Source: a virus (taxonomy: Duplodnaviria; Caudoviricetes). Taken from it: DNA of 64,000 nucleotides. The notes under the pieces are model-generated. The model worked only from the letters and a program-made list of their open reading frames with translations, did no database searches and was not told the DNA's origin. The stretch's first letter is position 1; every line of letters starts with the position of its first letter. The stretch lies in the IMG/VR virus record IMGVR_UViG_3300032007_001727. One strand, written 5' to 3'. The position numbers and the translations under genes are program-made. Shown here one piece after another: positions 38,125 to 49,008 of the stretch.

Positions 38125-41100
38125 ATGGCAGATAATGCAAGAGGAATACACGTGAGTCCAGGTATATATACACGTGAAATTGATATGACATATGCTGTTC
38201 GTAGTTTAGGTATCACTACTCTTGGTGCAGTAGGTGAAACGCAGAAAGGACCGGCATTTCAGCCTATGGATATCTCAAATTGGCGTGAATTCCAAGAGAC
38301 TTTCGGCGGTACTAGCACTGAAAAATTCAAGGGTAGCCAATATCCAAAATACGAATTGCCTTACATTGCTAAGTCATATCTCACAGAATCCGAACAACTC
38401 AAGGTTGTCCGTGTGCTTGGCTTGAGCGGCTATAACGCAGGACCCGCATGGCTTGTTACCGCTTCATTGAACGGAGAAAACAAGAGGGCGGTTGCAGTTA
38501 TCCGTTCTAGAGGTACCTATCACCCTTATAATGCAAATTCGAGCGGCGATACCGCTTGTACTTGTGAACCTACGAAGTACGACACCTTAAAGTACGACGT
38601 AGGTGAGGTTTCGGGTCAGATGGTATCCGGCAAGTGTCAGAAGTTGGGTTATAACATGAGTGCTTTGGACATAGAGGAGTACATTCCACTCAATAGCGAC
38701 GGCAACGAGTGCGAAGGGTACGGTATGTCCGGTGGCAATGGCAGTTGGGAAATCTCACAGACCAACAGAGGAAGATTCAAGATTGTCGGTATCACCGGCG
38801 AACACGCAAATCCGACATCGCCAACTAAGGATTCTTCGGATTATTTCGAATATCCGGTTTCATTGAACCCATACGACAAGGAATATATCTTGAACGTGTT
38901 GGGCACGAAGGCTTATGACGGTGACGCACCGGTATTTGTTGAGTCATTGTATGACGTTGCGCTTGAGCAAGCCATTGCAAACGGTGACGTTGACCGCATT
39001 GACAGTGGCTTGACACCATTCAACGCTTATTTTACGGCAGACTTCTGCCACCATGAGCCAATCTACGGCATTGTAGAGAAGCCTCAGAGTTCACTTAACA
39101 GAAAGTATGTAGGAAGAAGGTATCTTGCCTCAAAGACGGCAACCGCTGACGGCATAACTTGTGTGGCCTATGACTATTCAAGCAACACTCCGGAGACATA
39201 CTATACACTTTGGAAGTCTCAAGATGAAGAAAGGAAATCAAAGGCTGTCAACCCACCAAGCCTAATGGCAGTTCAAACCGCAGAGTTTCAAAAGATTAAC
39301 AGTGAGTCTGCCGTTGTGGACACGGTCAAGACAACCGCTGAAACCACTTGGAACGACTTGGGTGTTAAGGACGCACCAAATCCATCGGCAGAAACGGGCT
39401 ATCACTTTAAACTCGTTGGCCGTTCAACCAAGTTTGTCGACGCAGCATTCAATGCCGTGCAAGAAAGCATGCTCGTTGGACAAATCTATACCGTAAGACA
39501 ATATACCACACAAGACGGAAAGAGACACTACTACTATACTTATTACAGCAAGAAGAGTGTTGACGAGGCATTTCCTAGTAGTGCACAGACCAACGTGGAG
39601 ACGGTGAACTACTACGGAAACTTGCTTAACGGCGGTGACAAGGGCAACACAGATGCCGGTTCGACGCTTGTCCTCAACAACGCAGACGGCTTGTATTACA
39701 GAATGAATTCCGCAAAGAATGACGTTACTTACGTAGAACTCGACATGAACGACTACAAGTCGGCATACCGCTACGCTTCAACTCCTTGGATTGTCTCCAA
39801 CTTGAAGGGTGACTTCAATCACATTGAAATGACGAAGTTGTTCCGTTTCCACACCATTTCCGACGGTGATAACGCAAACAGCGAGGTTAAGGTTTCAATT
39901 GAGAACATCAGACCGGACGAGGGTGTCTTCGACGTTGTTGTAAGAAAGATTGATGACGTTGACGAATCGATTGTTCCACTTGAGAAGTTCGGAAGATGTA
40001 ACATGATTCCGGGTGACTCAAACTACATTGCCTTCAAGATTGGCTCCTTCGACGGTGTTTATGAGAGCAAGTCCAAGTTCATTACCGTTGAGGTAAATGA
40101 GACAACTGCCGCTAGAACTTCAGTTCCTGCCGGTTTCTTGGGCTATCCTATTCCTTTGTACAGCGGTACGCCAATCAGCGGTGACCCACAGACCGGTGTC
40201 ACATTCCCGACCATCATGTACAACAGATTCTTCGATGAGGACATTAAGAACCGTAAGCAGTACTTCGGACTCTCGTCTTGGGTAGGTGTTGACATTGACA
40301 ACTTTATGTTCAAGGGCACAAAGGCTTACATCAACAATCCTCATTTCTTGAGCCACGGCTTCCACCTTGACTCTAGGCTTGACGAGTCCGCAAGGGCAGT
40401 TGACAGCAACGAGTTGACCGTAACGGTTGACGGTGAGAGTGGCTACACGTTCGACTCAGTTTCAACGAACGCAAGGACGCAAGTGCTCGACCAACCACCA
40501 ATCATAGGCAAGGAGACCGAAATGTACGGTTCAATCTACGAGTACGTCAACCTTAGAAAGTTCACCGTGTTCTTCTATGGCGGCTTTGACGGTTGGGACG
40601 TATATAGGGACCAAAGAACCAATACCGACGAGTTTAAGATGTCTCAATACAGAGGCTTCATCAACCAAGGCAGCGGTGAGGGTTATTCCTTCAACAAGAT
40701 AATGGACCCGGAGGCTTTGGCATTGAACCAAAACGGTATTACCTCCGACTGGTATGCTTATCTCAGCGGCATCAGACAATTTGCAAATCCGGAAGCAACC
40801 GACATTAACGTATTCTGTACCCCGGGTATCGACTACGTAAATCAGAAGTTGCTCGTCGAGGAGGCAATTGAAATGATTGAAGAGGAGAGAGCAGACAGTA
40901 TCTACGTCATAACCACTCCGGACAAGCCAAGCGGTGCGGGTGACTACGTTGACGAAATGTACACCCCCGATGACGCAGTCTATAACTTGGAAGACACTGA
41001 GATTGACTCCAACTATTCTTGCACCTATTATCCTTGGGTCAAGTATTTCGACGTTGAGAACAATCAGTACATCTTCCTTCCTCCTACAAAGGATGCCGTA

Positions 41101-41628
41101 AGGAATTTCGCTCAGACGGACAACCAAGCATATCCTTGGTTCGCTCCGGCCGGTGTTGAACGCGGACAAGTTGATTGTGTTAGGGCAAAGTTCATCACAA
41201 AGTTGGCTGACGAGGATGTCCTCTATGACGGAAGAATCAACCCAATCAAGACCTTCGCACAAGACGGTCCCCGCATTTGGGGTCAGAAGAACCTCCAAAT
41301 CAACGAGTCGCAACTCAACCGTATCGCAGTACGTAGGCTGTTGCTCAGAATGAGAAAATTAATTGCAATCGCTTGCATTGGTCTCATCTTCGAGCCAAAC
41401 GACGCAACCGCAAGACAGTCCTTTATCTCGGCAGTTTCCCCAATATTGGAGAACATTAGAAGCAACCGTGGTATCTCCGACTATAGAATTGAGGTGAACG
41501 ACACCGTTGAGTCAAGGGAGAGAAGAGAACTTCCGGCAAAGATATACTTCAAACCATATAATGCACTTGAATATATCAGCATTGATTTTATTTTGACTCC
41601 GGAAGGGATATCATTTGATGATATTTAA
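38125..41628 (+). CDS. Tail sheath protein
   Basis: N-terminal VSPGIYTREID, GETQKGPAF; C-terminal PWFAPAGVERG, RINPI, IWGQKNL, LNRIAVRRLL. Confidence 0.92.
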   Translation: MADNARGIHVSPGIYTREIDMTYAVRSLGITTLGAVGETQKGPAFQPMDISNWREFQETFGGTSTEKFKGSQYPKYELPYIAKSYLTESEQLKVVRVLGLSGYNAGPAWLVTASLNGENKRAVAVIRSRGTYHPYNANSSGDTACTCEPTKYDTLKYDVGEVSGQMVSGKCQKLGYNMSALDIEEYIPLNSDGNECEGYGMSGGNGSWEISQTNRGRFKIVGITGEHANPTSPTKDSSDYFEYPVSLNPYDKEYILNVLGTKAYDGDAPVFVESLYDVALEQAIANGDVDRIDSGLTPFNAYFTADFCHHEPIYGIVEKPQSSLNRKYVGRRYLASKTATADGITCVAYDYSSNTPETYYTLWKSQDEERKSKAVNPPSLMAVQTAEFQKINSESAVVDTVKTTAETTWNDLGVKDAPNPSAETGYHFKLVGRSTKFVDAAFNAVQESMLVGQIYTVRQYTTQDGKRHYYYTYYSKKSVDEAFPSSAQTNVETVNYYGNLLNGGDKGNTDAGSTLVLNNADGLYYRMNSAKNDVTYVELDMNDYKSAYRYASTPWIVSNLKGDFNHIEMTKLFRFHTISDGDNANSEVKVSIENIRPDEGVFDVVVRKIDDVDESIVPLEKFGRCNMIPGDSNYIAFKIGSFDGVYESKSKFITVEVNETTAARTSVPAGFLGYPIPLYSGTPISGDPQTGVTFPTIMYNRFFDEDIKNRKQYFGLSSWVGVDIDNFMFKGTKAYINNPHFLSHGFHLDSRLDESARAVDSNELTVTVDGESGYTFDSVSTNARTQVLDQPPIIGKETEMYGSIYEYVNLRKFTVFFYGGFDGWDVYRDQRTNTDEFKMSQYRGFINQGSGEGYSFNKIMDPEALALNQNGITSDWYAYLSGIRQFANPEATDINVFCTPGIDYVNQKLLVEEAIEMIEEERADSIYVITTPDKPSGAGDYVDEMYTPDDAVYNLEDTEIDSNYSCTYYPWVKYFDVENNQYIFLPPTKDAVRNFAQTDNQAYPWFAPAGVERGQVDCVRAKFITKLADEDVLYDGRINPIKTFAQDGPRIWGQKNLQINESQLNRIAVRRLLLRMRKLIAIACIGLIFEPNDATARQSFISAVSPILENIRSNRGISDYRIEVNDTVESRERRELPAKIYFKPYNALEYISIDFILTPEGISFDDI

Positions 41629-41654
41629 AAAAAAAAAACTAAAATCTAATATTT

Positions 41655-41687
41655 AAAATTCCCAAGATTTTTCTTGGGAATTTTTTT
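41655..41687 (+). terminator. Terminator after the sheath gene
   Basis: AAAATTCCCAAGA...TCTTGGGAATTTTTTT. Confidence 0.75.
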
Positions 41688-41762
41688 GGGAACAATATAG
41701 CAGTTGACTCTAAATATCAATAGTGTATAATTATACAAAAATGAGCAGCCAATTACGGTTGC

Positions 41763-42641
41763 TCATTTTGTGTTTGGTAGAATCTTTATTTTTCCCATGC
41801 ATTTCATAAGGCTTGAGAACCATTGCGGTATTTGTATTCCGTAGTCATTCTTTATCTTCGCCTTGTCCAACACTGAATATCTAGGTCTTACGGCCTTTGT
41901 CTTGAATTCTTCGCTGTGAATCGGTATAATCTTGCACGTTGAGCCGGAAATGAACCTTATTGCACTCGCAAAGTCATACCAAGAGCAAACACCCTCGTTT
42001 GAATAGTGGTATATTCCACCATGTACACCCCTAGAGATAACGGTACAAATCGTAAACGCCAAGTCATTTGCCCACGTTGGACTCCCCACTTGGTCAAACA
42101 CCACTGAAATCTCATCCTTTTCATTGAAGAGTCTTAACATGGTCTTCATAAAGTTCTTTCCGTACTTTGAATACAGCCACGAGGTTCTTATAATCATCAC
42201 CTTTCCGTATGACTCCATCATTTTCTCCTCAACACACTCCTTTGACCTTCCGTATTCGGATAACGGCCTTGTCTCGTCAGTTTCCTTGTACGGTGTGTTT
42301 GACATTCCGTCGAACACGTAGTCCGAAGATATGTGAACAAGCCACGTGTCATTCTCCTTGCAAGCCTCAAGCAAGTTAAGGGCACCCTCAACGTTTACCT
42401 TGTGGCACATTTCAATTCCATCATCCTCACAAGCGTCAACGTTTGTGTACGCGGCACAGTTGACAACGCAGTGAAAATTACCGGATGAAACGTATTCGTA
42501 AACATCTTCAAGAGAAGTTATGTCAAGTTCCTCCCTAGAGGTGAACACAAACTCAAGATTCGTGAATTTATTGGAAACGTCCCTCATTTCCATGCCAAGT
42601 TGCCCGTTTGCACCGCAAACCAAAATTCTTTTTTTATCCAT
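41763..42641 (-). CDS. rfbD: dTDP-4-dehydrorhamnose reductase
   Basis: GANGQLG, NCAAYTNVD, HISSDYVFDG, YGRSK, DQVGSPT, RPRYSVLD. Confidence 0.92.
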   Translation of the reverse strand: MDKKRILVCGANGQLGMEMRDVSNKFTNLEFVFTSREELDITSLEDVYEYVSSGNFHCVVNCAAYTNVDACEDDGIEMCHKVNVEGALNLLEACKENDTWLVHISSDYVFDGMSNTPYKETDETRPLSEYGRSKECVEEKMMESYGKVMIIRTSWLYSKYGKNFMKTMLRLFNEKDEISVVFDQVGSPTWANDLAFTICTVISRGVHGGIYHYSNEGVCSWYDFASAIRFISGSTCKIIPIHSEEFKTKAVRPRYSVLDKAKIKNDYGIQIPQWFSSLMKCMGKIKILPNTK

Positions 42642-42644
42642 TGT

Positions 42645-43826
42645 TCAAATATTTTTTAAAAATTGAGTTAAATCTTCAAGATTGAAAAACATATTATTGT
42701 CATTATAAAGGCTTGATTCCAATGCATATTTCTTGAATTCAGCCGGAATATAGTAGATTAGTTGAATTGAGTTCTCCATACTGAGCCTATTCTTAACTGT
42801 GTCTCTGTGGATGGTTGAAGATACCATCTGTTCATCATAAATTCCACCGCTGAAGAAGTGTTGCTGACCTTGACATTCAATTGCAAGACTTAAACTTGGA
42901 ATGAATACGTCATATTTCATCTTATAGTTTGTCAAATCATTCTTAAGCCAATCAAAACTGACTTGTCTATCAAATGAAATGTTCTTTTCTTTCAGAAATA
43001 AACATAATTTTTCCTCCAATTTGCTAGTTGAACATCTTGGGCATCCGCTTTTATTATATAAATGATTAAACGGCTTCACTTTAAAGTCACCGTGAATGGG
43101 ACAAGTGATAATAACGTCGGTTTTATTGTTAATGTAATCTACTTTTGAATAATCGTACTTGTTTCCGTGTATTTTTTTAGCCTTTTCAATGAAAGTGTCT
43201 GAGTCGAGGGATAAAGTCTTGGCAACCTTGTTAAGGCCGCAAAGCGGACATCCGTTACCACTTAGATGATAACTAGCCTTTTGTTTGAACTCTCCGTGTT
43301 GCGGGCATATAATAACAAGAGGTTCGAACGGCGATTTATATTCACTCCTTGAATAGTCATACTTGTTCCCATGAACCGTTTTGGCCTTCTTGATGAAGTC
43401 ATCAGTGGTCATTACAGTGTGTGTTTTTTCAATTCCACACCTAGGGCATCCCTTACCTTGCAAGTGTACGTTAGGTTTTTGTTCAAATTCCCCGTGCTTG
43501 GGACAAATTATCTTGACCAAAGTATTAGTGTTAACATATTCAACCATTGAATAGTCATATTTGTCCCCATGTACACCATTAGCCTTCTTGATGAACGTTT
43601 CAGTTGTATCGGAACAAAGCCTTTTACCCGCTTCCGTCTTGCATTTTGGACAACCTTGTCCGCGAAGGTGGGCATTTGGTCTTTGTTTGAACTCTCCGTG
43701 TTCCGGACATATAATATCTACAAGCGTTTGACTATTCACATATTCAACCTTGGAGTAGTCATACTTGTTTTTATGTTTTTCACTTGCTTTTGCGATAAAT
43801 TCTTCTTTTGTCATCTTTTTTCCCAT
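42645..43826 (-). CDS. Free-standing endonuclease (4 Zn-ribbon repeats plus PD-(D/E)XK domain)
   Basis: YDVFIPSLSLAIECQGQQH; likely start MGKKMTKEEF at 43826. Confidence 0.8.
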   Translation of the reverse strand: MGKKMTKEEFIAKASEKHKNKYDYSKVEYVNSQTLVDIICPEHGEFKQRPNAHLRGQGCPKCKTEAGKRLCSDTTETFIKKANGVHGDKYDYSMVEYVNTNTLVKIICPKHGEFEQKPNVHLQGKGCPRCGIEKTHTVMTTDDFIKKAKTVHGNKYDYSRSEYKSPFEPLVIICPQHGEFKQKASYHLSGNGCPLCGLNKVAKTLSLDSDTFIEKAKKIHGNKYDYSKVDYINNKTDVIITCPIHGDFKVKPFNHLYNKSGCPRCSTSKLEEKLCLFLKEKNISFDRQVSFDWLKNDLTNYKMKYDVFIPSLSLAIECQGQQHFFSGGIYDEQMVSSTIHRDTVKNRLSMENSIQLIYYIPAEFKKYALESSLYNDNNMFFNLEDLTQFLKNI

Positions 43827-43918
43827 AAAAAAATGTTTATCTGCATAAAATATACAGATAAACATTTAAAAATGCAAGAAAAACTAAACAAATTTTGTAA
43901 AAAACAGACAAAAAAAGT

Positions 43919-44407
43919 TTAATAGCACAATATTGCATAGTCAAATCTGAGTGTGATTTGTATGGTGCTTAGGTCATCTTGGGAGTAATCTAAATCCCCA
44001 AAGTCCGCAGCGGTAACCATTGTATTCTTCAACACCCACTTGCTGACAACTACACCGGTTGGGTCAAGCATTTCGAGTTCAACGTCTCGCTTGTAACCGG
44101 CTGCATAACCTTGTCGGCCACTTACCGACTCAGAGTGAAGACGAACCCACTCCATGACGGCTTGTGAAGCGGAAGGACCGATGGGGTCTCTAAGCGTCAC
44201 TTGTATCTCATCCCAAGTATAACGGCCAACAACGTAAGTTTCAGTATTTAAGAACTGTATTGGCTTTGCATCTTGCTTAATAGTTGGACGGTGAGCACCT
44301 TGGCACCACCATTCTTGAATTCCTAAATCAGCAGGAAATCTTAAAAGCCATCTATTCTTTCTCAACGGCTCATAATTGAGCGGCATTTTCAATAGTAAGT
44401 CTGACAT
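43919..44407 (-). CDS. Tail tube protein (T4 gp19-like)
   Basis: YEPLRKNRWLLRF, GRYTWDEIQVTLRDPI, YKRDVELEMLDPTGVVVSKW, FGDLDYS. Confidence 0.85.
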   Translation of the reverse strand: MSDLLLKMPLNYEPLRKNRWLLRFPADLGIQEWWCQGAHRPTIKQDAKPIQFLNTETYVVGRYTWDEIQVTLRDPIGPSASQAVMEWVRLHSESVSGRQGYAAGYKRDVELEMLDPTGVVVSKWVLKNTMVTAADFGDLDYSQDDLSTIQITLRFDYAILCY

Positions 44408-44557
44408 AGTAATTTTATTTTTTTAATCTAGATTATTATTTTAAAATAAATATACAATATCACATTTTTTTAAAAAAATATTTGTTTTTTAAAAAAATTT
44501 TATATATATTTGTGTTAAGATGAAAATAAAATTACTATGTGAAAATGCCGTGATACT

Positions 44558-45469
44558 ATGAGCCGTGAAGAAATACTTAAAAGAGTCAAAACTAATGGTC
44601 AAGATAAATATGACTTATCTTTTATTGAAGATTCTAATGTAAATGAGAAAATTAAAGTTATATGTCGGGTTCACGGTGAATTTTATCCTAGATTGGACCA
44701 CTTCTTGAATGGTAGCGGATGTCCTTATTGTAGCGGAAAAATCCGTGGAACATTTGAAAAGTTTAAAGAAAGGGCCATGTTGCTTCATAATGGTAAATAT
44801 GAATATTTGGACACTAACTATATCAACGCACATACTAAAATAAGGATAAAGTGCCCCATTCATGGTGAATTTTGGCAAACCCCAACAAATCATTTGAATG
44901 GAAATGGGTGTCCAAAATGTAAGGCAGAGGAAATATCAAAGAAATTATCATCATCTTTGGATACTTTTATAAATAAGGCGAAATTAGTACATGGGGATAA
45001 GTATGATTACTCAAAAGTGGAGTATGTGAATAACCATACAAAAGTTTGCATAGTATGCCCTATTCATGGTGAATTTTGGCAAACCCCAATGTGTCATTTA
45101 AGTGGTAAGGGTTGTAAGTTTTGTAATGAGAGCCATTTGGAAAAGGAAATTCGGAACCTACTTTCTGAAAACAATATTTGCTATGAATATCAATGGCATT
45201 TACCTTGGTCAAAATATTATAGTTTGGATTTTTATCTTCCAAAATACAACGTAGGAATCGAATGTCAAGGCGGTCAACATTTTGAACCGGTTGAACATTT
45301 TGGCGGTGAAAGGGAGTTTGAAATTGTAAAGGAGAGGGATGAAAGGAAAAGGGTTCTTTGTTCTGAAAACGGCGTGAGGTTGCTGTATTATTCAAACATT
45401 GAGGGCAAAGGTTGTATAACCGACAAGTCCGTACTTATGGAAAACATTAAAAAAGGAGAACCGCGTTAA
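44558..45469 (+). CDS. Free-standing endonuclease (3 Zn-ribbon repeats plus PD-(D/E)XK domain)
   Basis: LDFYLPKYNVGIECQGGQH. Confidence 0.8.
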   Translation: MSREEILKRVKTNGQDKYDLSFIEDSNVNEKIKVICRVHGEFYPRLDHFLNGSGCPYCSGKIRGTFEKFKERAMLLHNGKYEYLDTNYINAHTKIRIKCPIHGEFWQTPTNHLNGNGCPKCKAEEISKKLSSSLDTFINKAKLVHGDKYDYSKVEYVNNHTKVCIVCPIHGEFWQTPMCHLSGKGCKFCNESHLEKEIRNLLSENNICYEYQWHLPWSKYYSLDFYLPKYNVGIECQGGQHFEPVEHFGGEREFEIVKERDERKRVLCSENGVRLLYYSNIEGKGCITDKSVLMENIKKGEPR

Positions 45470-45509
45470 ACACGGTTCCCCCTTTCAACTAAAATTAACT
45501 AAAAACAAC

Positions 45510-46640
45510 TTAAATGTTTCTCTTCTTGTTTCGTTCTATGCTTTCACCATAAGGGTAACGCATGGCATGATATCGCGCAAGGTTTCCTGCCGCCTTTTCC
45601 CTAGGTGTGTAAACAGCCTTGTCCCTTGTGTCTCTGAAATTCTTGTAGAATTCTCTTTTTCTCTCTTGGTTTGCCAAGTGTGGGATGAATTTTGCCGTTC
45701 CTTTGGTGTATTCCGGTTCTTCATAATCATCCTCATCTTCATAGTCATCATCCTCATCATCTTCTTCATAATCGTCATCCTCATCATCATCTTCGCCGTA
45801 GTTTCCGTCTATATAGTCACTGACGGTACAAGCGGTGACCACGTTATAGTCTTGCGGTGACCTAAATATTATGGTATAACCATATAATTCATCAACCGTT
45901 GCAACATTTGCATTCTCCAAGTCATTTAAAATATCTTCAAATTCTTCCGGTGACGGCTGTTGGTTTTCATAGAAACCAATCATTTCTAGGTGCGGCCAAA
46001 CACGTCCCATGAAACGACCTTCCGCAAAAAACGAATCAAAATTAGTGCCTACATCCCCAAGGGCGTAATTTATACTTTCTTTGGTATCAAAATCCGTATC
46101 TTCAATGGTTGTTTGAAGACAACGGTCAGTTAATGTCTGATTATCAATTAAACCATTCCCGTCCAAGGCATTTTCAACAACTTCTCGTGCAATATTTCTT
46201 GGTATGGAGTTACAATTATCATCAACCCACTCATCTATGTCAATGGAATCTGTGCCGTCCTCTGAAACATATAAACCTTGGTCCTCGTCGTAAGTATGAC
46301 CATACGTCTTGAAGTCTTCTAGCAAGTTTTCCACCTCTTCAATGAAATAGTACGAATTTTCTTTGTAAATATCATAGAGGCAACTTTCGACATATTCTTT
46401 TACACATTGTCCAAAAGGACTTAAATGAGTAGAGTATGCTTCTCCTATTGAAAATACCGGAGAACCGTTATACTCTATTGGCCAATACCCAAACGGGTAT
46501 CCGAAATCACAATCCCAAACTGCCTCGTATTCCTCTCCGGTTTTTTCGTTGCGGTAGTACGGATGGTCCGTTCCGGCTTGGTATTCATTATTACCTTCCA
46601 ACAGTATTTTCTGAGATTCAAGCAAGTGTATTTTTTTCAT
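45510..46640 (-). CDS. Acidic hypothetical protein with N-terminal MKKIHLLESQ tag and a D/E-rich tract
   Basis: Likely ATG at 46640; EDDDEDDDYEEDD repeats. Confidence 0.65.
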   Translation of the reverse strand: MKKIHLLESQKILLEGNNEYQAGTDHPYYRNEKTGEEYEAVWDCDFGYPFGYWPIEYNGSPVFSIGEAYSTHLSPFGQCVKEYVESCLYDIYKENSYYFIEEVENLLEDFKTYGHTYDEDQGLYVSEDGTDSIDIDEWVDDNCNSIPRNIAREVVENALDGNGLIDNQTLTDRCLQTTIEDTDFDTKESINYALGDVGTNFDSFFAEGRFMGRVWPHLEMIGFYENQQPSPEEFEDILNDLENANVATVDELYGYTIIFRSPQDYNVVTACTVSDYIDGNYGEDDDEDDDYEEDDEDDDYEDEDDYEEPEYTKGTAKFIPHLANQERKREFYKNFRDTRDKAVYTPREKAAGNLARYHAMRYPYGESIERNKKRNI

Positions 46641-46724
46641 AATAACTTCCTTTTTCTTAATAAATAGACATTTGTGTTTAATTTTGAAAAATAAAAGGTA
46701 TTTTTTATAAAACATGAAATAAGT

Positions 46725-47864
46725 ATGTCATACGGTAGGGAACAAGTGATTGAAATGTGCAGACAAGTACATGGAAATAAGTACGACTATTCAATAACAA
46801 ACGATTGCAGAAATAAATTGGACAAAATTAAGTATGTTTGTCCGATTCACGGTGTTGTCGAACAAATTTTCAATAATCACTTGCAAGGTAAAGGATGTCC
46901 AAAGTGTGCAACTGAAAGCATGAGAGAGAAAAAGACACCAACAAAAGAAGAATTTCTAAGTAAGGCTGAAAAGGTTCATAATTTAAGTGAATATGATTGG
47001 AGTGAATTTAATCTGCTAAATAGGGACAGTAAGGGAAGAGTTCAATTTTGTTGTAGAAAACATGGAAAATATTTTGATTGGCCTTCAAATTTCTTAAAAG
47101 GTCACGGTTGCCACATTTGTTACGGAAAACGAAAGAATGATGAAGAAGTCAAGGAAGAATTGCTGAGATTACATCCTAAATTGGATTTTTCAGAGGCAAA
47201 TTACTCCGAGAAGGATTCTCTAGGCAGATTGAAGGTTTTGTGCCCAAAACACGGGGAACAAAAGATAACATATTGGAACCTAAGAAACGGGCAAGGATGT
47301 TATTGGTGCGGCAGGGAGGCAACTGCCATTAAAAACACAATGACAAATGAAGAATTTATCAATAAGGCAACCAAGATATTTGGTGAGGATTATACTTATG
47401 AACGTCTTGATATGTTTAATAGGGATGAAAATGGTAAGGTTACAATAACTTGTCCCATTCATGGCGATTTTAAGGTTCTCCCGGGTAATTTTTTGAACGG
47501 TGTCGGTTGCCCCGTGTGTTCTGAAAGTAGTCTTGAAGGTGAAATTAGAAGATTTTTGAAAGAAAATGCTGTTATTTTTGAAAGACAGAAGAGATTTGAT
47601 TGGTTGGGAAGGCAAAGTTTGGATTTTTATTTGCCGGAATATAACGTAGCAATTGAGTGTCAAGGTGGGCAGCATTTCAAGTCGGTCGGAAAGTTTGGTG
47701 GCGATAAAACTTTTAAGAGAGTTGTTGAACTAGACGAGAGGAAAAGGGTTCTTTGCGGGGAAAACGGCGTTAGGTTGCTGTATTATTCAAACGAGGCAAT
47801 GGATTTTCCGTATGAGGTGTGTACGGACAAGGAAGAATTGCTGAAAGAAATAAGGGGAGAATAA
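46725..47864 (+). CDS. Free-standing endonuclease (4 Zn-ribbon repeats plus PD-(D/E)XK domain)
   Basis: LDFYLPEYNVAIECQGGQH; 3' end similar at DNA level to 44558..45469. Confidence 0.8.
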   Translation: MSYGREQVIEMCRQVHGNKYDYSITNDCRNKLDKIKYVCPIHGVVEQIFNNHLQGKGCPKCATESMREKKTPTKEEFLSKAEKVHNLSEYDWSEFNLLNRDSKGRVQFCCRKHGKYFDWPSNFLKGHGCHICYGKRKNDEEVKEELLRLHPKLDFSEANYSEKDSLGRLKVLCPKHGEQKITYWNLRNGQGCYWCGREATAIKNTMTNEEFINKATKIFGEDYTYERLDMFNRDENGKVTITCPIHGDFKVLPGNFLNGVGCPVCSESSLEGEIRRFLKENAVIFERQKRFDWLGRQSLDFYLPEYNVAIECQGGQHFKSVGKFGGDKTFKRVVELDERKRVLCGENGVRLLYYSNEAMDFPYEVCTDKEELLKEIRGE

Positions 47865-47880
47865 ATTCTCCCCGTACTTT

Positions 47881-48225
47881 TTACTTGCTACCGGTGTTGG
47901 TTAATAACTTATCACTGTCCAAGAAGACATTCTTGAAATACTTGTAAATTTCAGATGTTGGATGGTTTGCGTATTTTCTTAAGCCCTCAATGGCAGTTTC
48001 TCGTATCTTGCCAACTATTGGTTCGTGTTTGATTATTTCTTGCGCGTGTGCGGCAACTTCTGCATCAGAATCATCATGTTCCATTGAATCTTGATGATGC
48101 ATTTCCATGCCCATTTCATCCTCTATGGGCCTATCTTCATCCCCGAAGATATAATCCTCGCTGAGTTGACCCTTAATGGTCTTCAACTCTTCTAGCATGT
48201 TCTTAAAATTCTTAACTTTCTTCAT
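47881..48225 (-). CDS. Hypothetical protein
   Basis: 114-aa ORF; minus-strand AATATTTAT at 48248-48256. Confidence 0.6.
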   Translation of the reverse strand: MKKVKNFKNMLEELKTIKGQLSEDYIFGDEDRPIEDEMGMEMHHQDSMEHDDSDAEVAAHAQEIIKHEPIVGKIRETAIEGLRKYANHPTSEIYKYFKNVFLDSDKLLTNTGSK

Positions 48226-48387
48226 ATAATAAAACGTTTTACTATGTATAAATATTATTGATTTTCTTTTTGTTTCTCAAAATATGCGCTAACCAATTTT
48301 TTCTATAAATATCTTTGAATTTTGGTTTGGCCAATGATATTTATAAAGAAAATAACTTAATTAAAATCTTTAAAAAACAAATAATTT

Positions 48388-49001
48388 ATGAAGTACGTTA
48401 AAGAATTTGCAACTGCTGCCGATTATACAGCATATGTTGCCACAGACTACCCAAAGCCAAACGTAAGTTACGTCGTGGCCGATGGTGCTATGCACTACAA
48501 TTCAATTTTACCCCCCCCCCATTCTTCTGTAAACTAACACTTGAGAATGGTTCCGTTGTCGAAATTGAAGGCAGTGGGGAACTTACAAGAGCAATGATAA
48601 GCGGTTACAGTGCAACTTGTGTCAGTGCTGAAATCGGTGAACTTTGCACAAGTATTGGTCAAAGTGCTTTTATGGATTGTTTTGCTATGACAACTTGTAC
48701 CATTGGCAGTGGTGTTACAAGCATTGGTAATTCGGCTTTCGCCGGTTGTTCTAGTTTATCAAGCATAACAATACCAAATGGTGTTACAAGCATTGGTGCT
48801 AGTGCTTTCAATAGTTGCACTAGTTTAACAGCAATAACCTCGCTTGCCACAACAGCACCAACAATAACTAATTCTACTTTCAGAAATGTTAAGAGAGAAG
48901 GTACTCTCTATGTTCCAACTAGTAGTAGCGGCTATGATGTTTGGATGGGAAGTCGTGATTATTACTTAGGTAAGTATAATTGGACAAAGGTCGAACAATA
49001 A
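48388..49001 (+). pseudogene. BspA-type LRR gene, paralog of 26035..27588, frameshifted at a C10 tract (candidate phase-OFF allele)
   Basis: ATG at 48388 gives MKYVKEFATAADYTAYVATDYPKPNVS...; C10 at 48511-48520 shifts into TAA. One more C restores PPPPFFCKLTL... in frame with 48594..49001 (204 aa), ending YYLGKYNWTKVEQ like the paralog. Confidence 0.85.
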
Positions 49002-49008
49002 CAATAAT

